Made by a program: the position numbers and the translations under genes. The notes beneath the pieces were generated by a model that saw only the letters and a list, made by a program, of their open reading frames with translations, was not told the DNA's origin and made no database searches. 64,000 nucleotides of DNA, from positions 70,291 through 134,290 of the forward strand of contig CAVTDE010000008.1 of assembly GCA_963733455.1 (NCBI GenBank), written 5' to 3'. Origin of the DNA: an uncultured Bacteroidales bacterium (GTDB taxonomy: Bacteria; Bacteroidota; Bacteroidia; Bacteroidales; VadinHA17). Below are positions 28,571 through 37,810 of this stretch, in pieces (the stretch's first letter is position 1; every line of letters starts with the position of its first letter).

Positions 28571-28768
28571 CCTCCCAATAAAAAAGGCCGTTGCCGGTCA
28601 GAGTCACATTTAATCTGCATAGACTAAAACGTGGCATAGTAATTGTGATCTTAAAGTATGACCAACCAGAAAACTTTAGCATTTGAATTCTAAATAGCAA
28701 ATCATTAATCAGGGTTTGAATCTATCTTTTTTGCAAAAATTTGAACACTCTCAGTAAAAAGAAGTAAT

Positions 28769-29803
28769 GTGAAAACGAAATTTATTAAAGTAATTATTTT
28801 TATAATTATCATTTTTTCGGTGATAGTTTCTTGCAGGAAAAATATATCTAATGACCAGAACCTAAGCGAGGGAGCTAAAAAATTTCTGGAATTAAAAACC
28901 CGGATGAATGCTATAAATTCAGGTTCCGGACAAATGAGCAATTTTCTTTCAGTAATTGGAAACAGCGAAATAAAGAATGGAGATCTTAACATTTCAGGGA
29001 CGAGTATCGATTCCAGTTACATGGACAGTATTATTGTAGATCCGGATGTTTACTGGAAATATTTTACCTGTGCAACTGTAACCGAGTATGATAATGCGGA
29101 TGGGACTCATACAACCATTTATGATTATGGAGATGGATGTGAAGAGTATGGAGCGCTGTATAAAGGGAAAATTACCTACATCTGGAGAAATGAAGGCAAT
29201 GAATACTATTCAAAGGTAATTTACACCGATTATTATGCTTATGGTGTTAAAATGAATGGTATGTCAGAGTATTCTTTCACTTCTGATGGTAGTTCATATT
29301 TCAGTACAGGCATTAAAGAGGGTACAGCTGATTCGACTGTTACGGTTTCTCCTGTTGTGTTTAACTGGTCAGGTTCATCCACCGGTCATGAGGATATAAC
29401 AATGGTCACCGACGACAAGACCACATATTATAATTTATCTGATTATTCCAACAAATGGGACAGTATATCATATACAGTTCTTGTAGGAGATTATTATAGT
29501 AAGAGCGAATCAGATGAGTACAATTACGAATATAGCTACACCGTTGACAGACCATTGGTTACAGATTACAGATGCCTTGAATCCTGGGTTCCGGTTTCCG
29601 GTATTGAAACTATTACCAATACTGAGAACGATAAGACGAGCCATTACTCAGTAAATTATGGAACAGGAGTCTGTGACAACCTGGCTGAACTGACTGAAAA
29701 TGGAAAGATTTCAGTTATAGATTTCAGCGAAATCTATTATACCAAGGTTGATAGTTCCGGTTCTACAAGCCCAGGGATGCGGGCACCGGCAGGAAAAAGA
29801 TAA
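28769..29803 (+). CDS. ORFan lipoprotein, paralog P1 of 54643..55674
   Basis: 344 aa with a GTG start and lipobox VSC. Four conserved Cys (FTCATV, GDGCEEYG, DYRC, GTGVCDN). About 85% aa identity with P2 by eye alignment. I recognise no family. Confidence 0.75.
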   Translation: MKTKFIKVIIFIIIIFSVIVSCRKNISNDQNLSEGAKKFLELKTRMNAINSGSGQMSNFLSVIGNSEIKNGDLNISGTSIDSSYMDSIIVDPDVYWKYFTCATVTEYDNADGTHTTIYDYGDGCEEYGALYKGKITYIWRNEGNEYYSKVIYTDYYAYGVKMNGMSEYSFTSDGSSYFSTGIKEGTADSTVTVSPVVFNWSGSSTGHEDITMVTDDKTTYYNLSDYSNKWDSISYTVLVGDYYSKSESDEYNYEYSYTVDRPLVTDYRCLESWVPVSGIETITNTENDKTSHYSVNYGTGVCDNLAELTENGKISVIDFSEIYYTKVDSSGSTSPGMRAPAGKR

Positions 29804-30002
29804 CCAGCTACCACGAATACAAAAAATTGTTCTCTGGTGAGATGCTGAACATTATTAAGCTACAACTAAATTTTTACACGGGCGAACATTTTTAACCGGA
29901 AAGTAGTTTATGATCAGAAACAAGTATGCCTATTGGGGCATTTTGTTCTGCAGGCAGGGGGATTCTACCAGTAACCTCCTGATATTCTTACATGAGTATA
30001 AT

Positions 30003-30758
30003 ATGAAAAAATTAAACCTTCAACCTTCATCACTAGAGATTTTATACCTGCTAATCAATCTACTTCTATTTTCTGTAATAATTTTAACTCCTATATTAAT
30101 CCACGGCCCTTTATATTTAACTGAAAAATTGATTATTGGAGAAGAAATCGCGGAGGGAACTCTTCTTTGTATTTTGTTTTTTCTGAGTATTTTGATTTTT
30201 AATTTATATAAACATGAAGTCTTAAAACACAAAGAACTAATTAATAAAATCAATAATGATAAAAAGTCAGCTGAGGATAAACTTGATGATTCATTTAAAT
30301 ATATTGGTCAGATAAATGTTCAGATCCAACAAATAAAATTGATTTTTAATAATTATAGCAAATTACCTGAAACAAAAAATGATTTTAAAAAAACATTGTA
30401 CTTTTTTAGTGAGCGCGTTTTTGGAATTACGACTGCAAATTGGGTTCTATTTAGAATAATAGACAGCGAAACCAGCAAAACTATTAACGAGCAATTTGAA
30501 ATAAGGCATGGGTATACTTTTGATTATCCTCATATTAGTAATAAAATGATAATTGAAAAACAATCTTGTTCCCCGTTTACGGCAATAATATCAAATCCAC
30601 AAAATTTTAAAATACTCGTTTGTTGTATTTTACCTGTTGATAATGTCAGCAATGAGGAGCGTATTTTTATTCAAGCTATTACAAATGAGATCACCATGCT
30701 TTTCGTTATTTTAAATTCCTCATATTACAACAAAGAAGGAAATAAGATTTTGGAGTAA
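30003..30758 (+). CDS. Hypothetical membrane protein (very AT-rich ORFan)
   Basis: The track ORF starts at 29910, but MKKLNLQ at 30003 precedes two TM segments. A coiled-coil follows (KELINKINNDKKSAEDKLDD), then a roughly 130-aa soluble domain. Confidence 0.5.
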   Translation: MKKLNLQPSSLEILYLLINLLLFSVIILTPILIHGPLYLTEKLIIGEEIAEGTLLCILFFLSILIFNLYKHEVLKHKELINKINNDKKSAEDKLDDSFKYIGQINVQIQQIKLIFNNYSKLPETKNDFKKTLYFFSERVFGITTANWVLFRIIDSETSKTINEQFEIRHGYTFDYPHISNKMIIEKQSCSPFTAIISNPQNFKILVCCILPVDNVSNEERIFIQAITNEITMLFVILNSSYYNKEGNKILE

Positions 30759-30787
30759 ACAGGCCTTGCTACTCGTAATTATCAAGG

Positions 30788-30846
30788 AAGCCTGGAGCAC
30801 TTGCCTCACAGGTAAGAAGTCACTTATTCGAACTCCCCACCGCGCA
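30788..30846 (+). pseudogene. tRNA-Val(CAC)-like fragment (D-loop to 3' end, T-arm decayed)
   Basis: CCTGGAGCACTTGCCTCACAGGTAAGAAGTCACTTATTCGAACTCCCCACCGCGCA. The CTTGC-CTCACAG-GTAAG part folds as an anticodon arm with CAC. TTCGAAC resembles a T-loop, but its stem no longer pairs and no 5' acceptor strand is present. Confidence 0.35.
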
Positions 30847-30910
30847 GTACTAAAATCTCAGGAACCCCAGAGAAATAACTTATTTGTGGAAGCAGGAATT
30901 CCTGACTTCT

Positions 30911-31247
30911 GACATTTAGTGCGGTAATAAATTCCACTTTTTAAGGAATGATGCCAGGGAGCTATTTGCTGTTTCTGCAGTCGGAGAGGTAACAAGAGAT
31001 CCCTCATCCCGCCTGGGCGGGATTCGGGATGACACCTCTATGGTGGTGGTTTTGGGAAGAAGTGGCGATTCGCAAACAGCATTTTGACAAAGTAGGGCAT
31101 CTCGCTGCGAATCGCCGCTTCTTCCCCCCACCCCTCCTGGCAAACGGTCATCCCGAATGAGCCTGAGGGTGGGCTTGTGCGAAGGGAAAAGGCGAATGAG
31201 GGATCCCTCATTCATTTGTTGCAAGCCAGTTATGCTAAGCCCCTTCA
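30911..31247. repeat. GC-rich nested palindromic element flanked by an 11-bp direct repeat
   Basis: There are three nested inverted-repeat pairs. GGGAAGAAGTGGCGATTCGCA (31054-31074) pairs with TGCGAATCGCCGCTTCTTCCC (31106-31126) at 20/21. ATTCGGGATGAC pairs with GTCATCCCGAAT at 12/12. GATCCCTCAT pairs with ATGAGGGATC. The element is flanked by TCCTGACTTCT at 30900-30910 and 31248-31258. Confidence 0.6.
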
Positions 31248-31325
31248 TCCTGACTTCTATTTTATTTTAGTGTTTGCTATTGTTTGTTAATATATATTGA
31301 TATATATTTGTAAATAAAAAATCCT

Positions 31326-32093
31326 ATGAAAACCAATCTACCTTCTATCTTCAAAGCCTTTCAGCGGAGTGATGAGTATTTTGAAATTCTGAATGATCCT
31401 GAAAATTCACGGAAATACATTTTCACTCAATTATTGTTCATCATTATATTCTCATTCCTTTATGGGATTATAATGGGTAGCTACAATGGAGCATTACAAA
31501 GCCTGGTTACCGGAATTAAAATTCCATGCCTGATAATACTTTCCTTGTTAATATGCTTCCCTGCACTTTATGTTGTTCAATCTATGATAGGTTCCACAAT
31601 GACAATTCTTCAGATGGCAAATATAATTTTTGCAGGATTTTTTGTCTTCACAACTATTGCTTTGTCATTTGCTCCGATTGTCATTTTCTTTATGATCACC
31701 AGCAATAGTTATCCATTTCTTAAATTACTGCATGTTGGAATATTTACTTTTTCCGGAATTTTTACTGTTAAAACAATCATTAACGGGCTAAAATTTTCAT
31801 GTGAAAAGAAAAATATTTATCCAAAACTTGGCATGTCAATATTCAAAATCTGGGTTGTAATTCTTGCATTTGTTAGTTCGCAATTAGCCTGGAATCTACG
31901 ACCTTTCGTTGGTAGTCGTGATATGCCTTTTGAGTTGTTCAGGGTACGTGAAGGCAACTTTTATATTGCTGTTATTCAATCAGCAGCGAAATTGTTTAAG
32001 CCAGAAGATAAATCAAATCCGGACAAAGAGAACAAATCAACAATAAGCCAGCCTGATAGTATTTTAAATAAGAATTATGTTGAACGACGATAA
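31326..32093 (+). CDS. Hypothetical multi-pass membrane protein
   Basis: 255 aa with about 6 TM segments. The conserved-looking tail is QLAWNLRPFVGSRDMPFELFRVREGNFY. I cannot place the family with confidence. Confidence 0.6.
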   Translation: MKTNLPSIFKAFQRSDEYFEILNDPENSRKYIFTQLLFIIIFSFLYGIIMGSYNGALQSLVTGIKIPCLIILSLLICFPALYVVQSMIGSTMTILQMANIIFAGFFVFTTIALSFAPIVIFFMITSNSYPFLKLLHVGIFTFSGIFTVKTIINGLKFSCEKKNIYPKLGMSIFKIWVVILAFVSSQLAWNLRPFVGSRDMPFELFRVREGNFYIAVIQSAAKLFKPEDKSNPDKENKSTISQPDSILNKNYVERR

Positions 32094-32286
32094 AATAATG
32101 ACTCTTGAAGAAGTGGCAGAATACCTCAGAGTAAAGCCACAAACGATATATACCTGGGCACAGGAAAAGAAGATACCTGCTGCAAAACTGGGCAAGGAAT
32201 GGAGGTTTAAGAAATCAATGATAGATCAATGGTTTAATGAGTTTATTGACGAAAAGTTCAAGAATTTATATACAGATAATTCATAA
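32077..32286 (+). CDS. Excisionase/MerR-type helix-turn-helix (HTH_17) small DNA-binding protein
   Basis: MTLEEVAEYLRVKPQTIYTWAQEKKIPAAKLGKEWRFKKSMIDQWF is the classic HTH_17/Xis pattern. The start is either 32077 (overlapping the upstream gene by 17 nt) or the in-frame ATG at 32098. Confidence 0.7.
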   Translation: MLNDDKIMTLEEVAEYLRVKPQTIYTWAQEKKIPAAKLGKEWRFKKSMIDQWFNEFIDEKFKNLYTDNS

Positions 32287-32378
32287 GTCATTTTATTATA
32301 TGACAATGACTTAGTAATTTCTAACCTGTTTAGTAGATATGCATTGTGTTTAATAACTAATCTTAAAGGAGGACAATT

Positions 32379-33224
32379 ATGAAAATCGTAACAGGAATCT
32401 GTAACATTGCGTTATTGGGATTCACCTGTCTCCTTCTCTTTATCGTGGGAATTTCCAAAGTATCTGATTATAAAGTGTTCACATTGTTGATGCTATTCGT
32501 TCCGATTCTCAACATCGTATTGATTTTCGTAAGCCAGGTCAGTCACGGACACTGGACTTCTAAATTGAAAAATAAGGCAACGGAGGAACAAAGGAAGGCA
32601 GATGGACTGTATAAAATTTATCCTTTTATGAAAATCGTCACTCTAATCCTGAATTTAGTTTTATTAGGATTTGCTTCCTGGTTTGTTATAAGCAACTACC
32701 CTCATCCCGGGGAATCATTGGTTCTTACTTATATATTATTGGCAGTGTTAACTCCAGTTCTCAGTCTGATAGCTATTTTGATAAGCAGAACAAATAAAGT
32801 TGAAAAAATGAAACGAATATTTATTTCAATTGGGGTTGGTGTTGGGGTAGTAATTATATGTTTTATTATTTCTGTGCGTACCTGTATCGGGCTTGGTATT
32901 AAGGAACGTATCAATATTGCAAAGCAACAATATTCAGGTACTGCAGAAGATGCCTTAATCGCATATCTGTCAGATACAACTCATACTCCGCATGAGCGGT
33001 CAGATGTGGCAATCTGGACATTAGGTCAGATCCGCTCAAAAAAGGCATTGCCTATTCTTAAAGAACTCAGTAAAAATGATCCACAAGGCAAGACCTGTAA
33101 ATATCACCACGATAAAGTTCTATGTCAGTATGAGATACATAAAGCTATAGTTTCTATTGAACATCGCTGGTTAGGCGCAAAAGAGAAAAACTGGTTTGGC
33201 TCATGGGCAAGACTCAATAAATAA
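32379..33224 (+). CDS. Membrane protein with an internally duplicated TM module and a C-terminal HEAT-like repeat
   Basis: MKIVTGICNIALLGFTCLLLFIV and MKIVTLILNLVLLGFASWFVI open two similar TM pairs. The C-terminal DVAIWTLGQIRSKKALPILKELSKNDP resembles PBS-lyase/HEAT repeats. Confidence 0.55.
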   Translation: MKIVTGICNIALLGFTCLLLFIVGISKVSDYKVFTLLMLFVPILNIVLIFVSQVSHGHWTSKLKNKATEEQRKADGLYKIYPFMKIVTLILNLVLLGFASWFVISNYPHPGESLVLTYILLAVLTPVLSLIAILISRTNKVEKMKRIFISIGVGVGVVIICFIISVRTCIGLGIKERINIAKQQYSGTAEDALIAYLSDTTHTPHERSDVAIWTLGQIRSKKALPILKELSKNDPQGKTCKYHHDKVLCQYEIHKAIVSIEHRWLGAKEKNWFGSWARLNK

Positions 33225-33564
33225 CAAACCGGATTATACGGACTACCCCACATATTTAATTTAAACTTATTGCAAATATTTCAAAATAAATGAACTATGT
33301 GATGATTATCGTGATATTATCCGTATCTTACAAAATAACCATTGTGAAGTTTATGCTGAAGGAGAGTTGAGCCGGTATTACATAGGAAAATCTAAACTCG
33401 GGATGAAATCAGAAACATCCTGAGATATAGCGAGACCCTGGTAGAAATATCAAGGGTTTTGCTATTTAAATAAAATTGACTTCTGGCTCCCTATGCCAGC
33501 CTCGAGATTAACGTTATTCAAAAGCCATCTCCAATAAGTCATGCTATTAAATCCGACTAAAAAG

Positions 33565-33592
33565 AAAGTCCGGTTTTAAAAAACCGGACTTT
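33565..33592. terminator. Bidirectional terminator hairpin
   Basis: AAAGTCCGGTTTT-AA-AAAACCGGACTTT has perfect 13-bp arms. It lies 95 nt beyond the multicopper oxidase stop. Confidence 0.6.
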
Positions 33593-33686
33593 CCTGGTAG
33601 CAACGGGTAAATTAATTGCCTGTCATAATAACTGGAATTTCAGTTCACAAATTGACTTAAGGTTGAAATCTTACAAAACTATCCCA

Positions 33687-36149
33687 CTATCGATTAATAA
33701 TCAATGTCCTGGTTGACATAAATAACCCTGCTTTCAGCTGATAGATATACATCCCGTTCGAAAGATTCCCGGCAGATATTCTTGCAATCTGCTCTCCTGC
33801 AAGTGCGTCTGCGTCAATAAGTGTTGATACTTCAACTCCTGCCAGAGTAAAGAGTTTTAACTGAACATGACAGTCATAAGGAATGCTGAACCTGATCTCA
33901 GTTTCCGAGCTGAATGGATTTGGTGAGTTCTGTCCGAGAGTAAATCCATCCAATAAATTATTTTCAACAGGAGCTGCTTTACTTGAAGCAAATAAGAGAG
34001 ACTGCCTTGTTGGATTCGCCTGGACATTCAATGGCCTCATCATATCATTGTCTTCATGTTCAACAATATGACAGTGCCATACGTAACCTGGTCCTTTACT
34101 TGGGTCGAAGCTATAAACTAATTTAGACCTGTTGAAAGCGAGAGGCAGATCGGTTGGAGCGAATCTGACCATATAAGTAGTAATCTCTCCGGGATAAGCC
34201 TTGATTACATCTTTCCAGCCTCTTTCATTCGGCTGCGCAGGAACAACCGGATAATTTTTCAGATAAGGAGTTACCGGCAGGTTGCCTCCGATTGCGCCAT
34301 CTGAGTTTTTAGTGTCATACAGGAAGGGTGGACCCTCAGCCCCCATGAACATACCAGGCATAGTACTATAAGCTCCACCTTTTTCAGATTCAAATACAGC
34401 AATGTAATCGTTCATATAGGCATCAATATCAAATTTCTGACGGTTTACAAGCTGGAACTGCACAAGATGCATGTGCATCGGATGGGCATCCATCGTGGTG
34501 TTTATTAGCTGCCACATTTCTGTCGTTCCTTCAACAGGTTTCTCTGTAGGAGCTCCGAACATATCGGGCATGTCAGGTATTTCTTCATAACGCGAGTTGT
34601 TTAATAAAACCATTAACGGACCGCCAGGACCTTGCACCTCATTTAATGTCAATTGTCTTTTTACATCTGGTGTAATATTTGTTTTTCCTGCAAAATTGGT
34701 AAGCCTGATTAATGGTTTGCTTCTTAAAACAGGAAGTACCAGGCTTTTATCCTTCCCGACCTTATCAGGGATTTTATTGTCAGCCATTTTACCGTTGACT
34801 ATAAATTGCATTATACGATCGGTGAAGCCTTCGGCAACAGGATCCCCATCCGGATAAGGTGCGTTAGCATCGTTCATGAGTGTGAGCACTGTTCCCGGAG
34901 CCAGATTTGTGAAGTCAATCACCACATCAGCTCTTTCACCGGGACCCATAAGCAGTTTTTGGCCCAAAGCCGGATCTATTCTGACAGGTCCGTCAAGAAG
35001 TCCGCCATCAGTGCCTACCTGCACAATAGCAGGAGCCGATTTACCTTCTGTCATGTTTTTAAGCCATAAATTATAGAAACGTGCATTGGAGCCATCAAGC
35101 AGATGGAAGCGGTATTTACGGGGAGCTACACTGAGGTAGGGCCATGTTCTGCCATTTACGGTTATTATATCCCCGAAAAATTCAGGAGCCCAGAAAGGAT
35201 GTACGTCAGGATTGACTGCATCCACGGCGTAGTAGAGCTGTCCATTCTGATCAAACATCCTGTCCTGAATTACGATTTCAATTTCAGGTAAGTACGGGTC
35301 AGGATGCAATGCGTCTGCAACTTTTCCTTCAGGAGCAACTTCCTGAACAAAATCATCTCCGGACCAGCCCGGCAATTTGTGGGTTTCTTCATCAGGCCCT
35401 CTCAGAAAATAGAATCCTGCCATCCCGGCATATACATTAATTCTCGTTAGTCCGAGCTGGCTGTGTTCATGATACCATAATGTTGCAGCTTCCTGTTTGT
35501 TGGGATAGGTAAGTACTTCACCTACTCCATTCTCCCAGCCCTTTCCTTTCAATAAGTAATCGGGGGTAAACCAGGCGTAAGGCCCTCCGTCGGATGTTGA
35601 CTGTACCTCGCCTCCATGAAGATGCAATGCTATTGGTATGGGTCCCTCATAAGGATCTGTCATCGGATCTCCTGTCGTGGGGACACCGCTCATCATGATA
35701 GTCTGGTCGGCAGCAATGTTTACATCCTTATAAATCAGCCCGTTTAGTTTGTTTTCCACTTTAATATTCAATGGATTGCCTCTTTGGGCTTCAATGGTGA
35801 AAGCCGGCCATAAGGGGAGTGTCCAGGTTGTACCGCCATCCTTCGAGATCTGATAGACAAAGTAATTTCCTACCCCTGCCCCTGCATCTGTACCGACAAT
35901 TCCATTATCCAGTACAGTCCCTTTAGATACAGCTACCTGCCGGGTTTCAACAGCGCGGATAATCAGATCTCCTCCCGCTTTGGCATTGACCCTTAATCCG
36001 GCAAAATGTGGAAGAAAGTCAACAAACTGGGGAACCTTTTCCGGGGAGAGAGGTACCTGGCCTGAACCAGGATACTGGCCTGTCACTGATCTAATGCTCA
36101 GACTGAACATTAGCATCACAAAAACTGAAATAGTAAAATTTTTCTTCAT
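33687..36149 (-). CDS. Multicopper oxidase (CotA/bilirubin-oxidase-like) with a T9SS C-terminal sorting domain
   Basis: Copper motifs HLHGGE, WYHEH, HPMHMHL and HCHIVEHEDNDMM, with a signal peptide. The last about 80 aa (NSPNPFSSETEIRFSIP...GMYIYQLKAG...RTLIINR) form a type-A T9SS CTD pattern. Confidence 0.85.
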   Translation of the reverse strand: MKKNFTISVFVMLMFSLSIRSVTGQYPGSGQVPLSPEKVPQFVDFLPHFAGLRVNAKAGGDLIIRAVETRQVAVSKGTVLDNGIVGTDAGAGVGNYFVYQISKDGGTTWTLPLWPAFTIEAQRGNPLNIKVENKLNGLIYKDVNIAADQTIMMSGVPTTGDPMTDPYEGPIPIALHLHGGEVQSTSDGGPYAWFTPDYLLKGKGWENGVGEVLTYPNKQEAATLWYHEHSQLGLTRINVYAGMAGFYFLRGPDEETHKLPGWSGDDFVQEVAPEGKVADALHPDPYLPEIEIVIQDRMFDQNGQLYYAVDAVNPDVHPFWAPEFFGDIITVNGRTWPYLSVAPRKYRFHLLDGSNARFYNLWLKNMTEGKSAPAIVQVGTDGGLLDGPVRIDPALGQKLLMGPGERADVVIDFTNLAPGTVLTLMNDANAPYPDGDPVAEGFTDRIMQFIVNGKMADNKIPDKVGKDKSLVLPVLRSKPLIRLTNFAGKTNITPDVKRQLTLNEVQGPGGPLMVLLNNSRYEEIPDMPDMFGAPTEKPVEGTTEMWQLINTTMDAHPMHMHLVQFQLVNRQKFDIDAYMNDYIAVFESEKGGAYSTMPGMFMGAEGPPFLYDTKNSDGAIGGNLPVTPYLKNYPVVPAQPNERGWKDVIKAYPGEITTYMVRFAPTDLPLAFNRSKLVYSFDPSKGPGYVWHCHIVEHEDNDMMRPLNVQANPTRQSLLFASSKAAPVENNLLDGFTLGQNSPNPFSSETEIRFSIPYDCHVQLKLFTLAGVEVSTLIDADALAGEQIARISAGNLSNGMYIYQLKAGLFMSTRTLIINR

Positions 36150-36688
36150 AACATTAAGTATTGGTTCAACAAAAAGAAATAGTTAATTATTAAGAAGATA
36201 AAGTGGAAATGGTTAGTTGCATAGGTTCATTATTGTTGGACTTTAAATTACATTGCAATAATAAAGTTCACTAAACCGATAGACAAAATTAAATATTGAG
36301 ATTCTAATCAGGATTAGGATTAAATTAATCTTAAATTAATATAAGATTAAGATTCAGGGAGACTAATGGAACCATTAAAAACTCTATTTTATTATAGCCT
36401 CACCAACAGAGAAGAACAAAAATTAGTTTTTGCAGTGATAAGCCTTGCTATCATCCTGAAATACTCCCACCTAATTTGCCGGAAATTGTCTGCTACTCGC
36501 GACGGCTCGCGCCAGATTTAATTTGATTAAAGGTATTTTGGAAATCCTTATAATTCAAATGTGGATATACTGTTCGCTTAATGCTTAATGTGAATCAACA
36601 AATATTTTGAACTGAAGTTTATTCTAAATTGTACTAATATGTGTACTTTTAATAGTCATATATATTTTGGTATATTTACAATGAGCGG

Positions 36689-37810
36689 ATGAAATTGGAT
36701 TTTAATATAAGTATTTTAAACACATTACTTTATCAATACCCGGATAAAGCGAAATTTATTGATTTGCAATTTCCTAAAGTCTATAAATGGTTGGAAGAAA
36801 AGGACAAACCAACATTTAATCAATTGGCAGGCTTAGCTCAATTATTTAATATCCCCTTTGGCTATTTTTTCCTGAAAGAAATCCCTGTCAAACAATATTT
36901 AATACCGCATTATAGGACGCAGGGGCAGAAGTCTTTTCGACCTTCTCAAGAATTGATCGATACAGTGGAGACTCTTCAGGAAAGACAGCAATGGGCCAGA
37001 GACCTTTTGACAGACTTAAGAGGTGAAAAATTACCTTTTACCAATAGCGTAACGATAAAAATGCCAATCGAATTAGCTGCAGGTAAAATAAACACCTTAT
37101 TGGGATTATCTGGTTATTGGGCAAAGAAAGTACCAGGTTGGACAGAAGCTTTACACCTGCTGATCAGCAGATCCGAACAAGCCGGTATATTTGTAGTATT
37201 GAATGGAGTTGTAAACAATAACACCAGACGGAAATTAGATTTAGGTGAGTTTAGAGGATTTGTACTTTATGATGACATTGCTCCTTTTGTTTTTTTAAAC
37301 AATAACGATGTTATTTCTGGCAAAATATTCACACTAATTCATGAAATTGCTCATATTTTAGTCGGTAAAAGTGCATCTTTCGATTTACGGCAACTCCAGC
37401 CAGCTGCTAATAGCACTGAAGAGTATTGTGACAAAGTAGCAGCAGAATTTTTGGTTCCCCGAAATCTTTTAATAACACAAATTCAAAATTATGGTATTGA
37501 TTATCAAGGGTTAGCAAAAGTATTTAAGGTAAGTCAAATTGTTATAGCCAGAAGGCTTTTGGATTTAAATCAAATAACCCGTACGGAATTTTTCTCTTTC
37601 TATGAAGAATATGTTCTTAAAGAACGGAAGCTGAGCACTGCTAAAGGAGGCAATTTCTATAACACAGCACCTTATCGAATAAGTAAAAGTTTTTTTAACT
37701 TAATTCATAATTCCGTAAAGCAAAATAAGATTCTGTATATGGATGCTTTCAGACTTACCGGCCTCAAGCCTGGAACCTTCGATGAATATGTAAGAAAGAA
37801 CCTTGCGTGA
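36689..37810 (+). CDS. ImmA/IrrE-family (COG2856) metallopeptidase with an N-terminal HTH-like region
   Basis: HEXXH zinc motif in FTLIHEIAHILVGK, with downstream EEYCDKVAAEFLVP typical of DUF955/ImmA. The N-terminal PTFNQLAGLAQLFNIPFGYF is HTH-like. Confidence 0.8.
   Translation: MKLDFNISILNTLLYQYPDKAKFIDLQFPKVYKWLEEKDKPTFNQLAGLAQLFNIPFGYFFLKEIPVKQYLIPHYRTQGQKSFRPSQELIDTVETLQERQQWARDLLTDLRGEKLPFTNSVTIKMPIELAAGKINTLLGLSGYWAKKVPGWTEALHLLISRSEQAGIFVVLNGVVNNNTRRKLDLGEFRGFVLYDDIAPFVFLNNNDVISGKIFTLIHEIAHILVGKSASFDLRQLQPAANSTEEYCDKVAAEFLVPRNLLITQIQNYGIDYQGLAKVFKVSQIVIARRLLDLNQITRTEFFSFYEEYVLKERKLSTAKGGNFYNTAPYRISKSFFNLIHNSVKQNKILYMDAFRLTGLKPGTFDEYVRKNLA

Noticed and set aside
28296-28992. Minus-strand ORFs of 134 aa and 95 aa
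   Set aside because: They overlap the 3' end of the CrtI-like gene and the 5' end of lipoprotein P1 respectively, and neither has motif support.
30916-31248. 110-aa ORF on the minus strand
   Set aside because: It coincides exactly with the nested palindromic element. Its translation is low-complexity Arg/Gly/Ser/Pro, typical of translated GC-rich hairpins.
33290-33420. Possible HicA-like toxin fragment (DIIRILQNNHCEVYAEGE...)
   Set aside because: The resemblance is too short and weak, with no catalytic His context and no partner gene.
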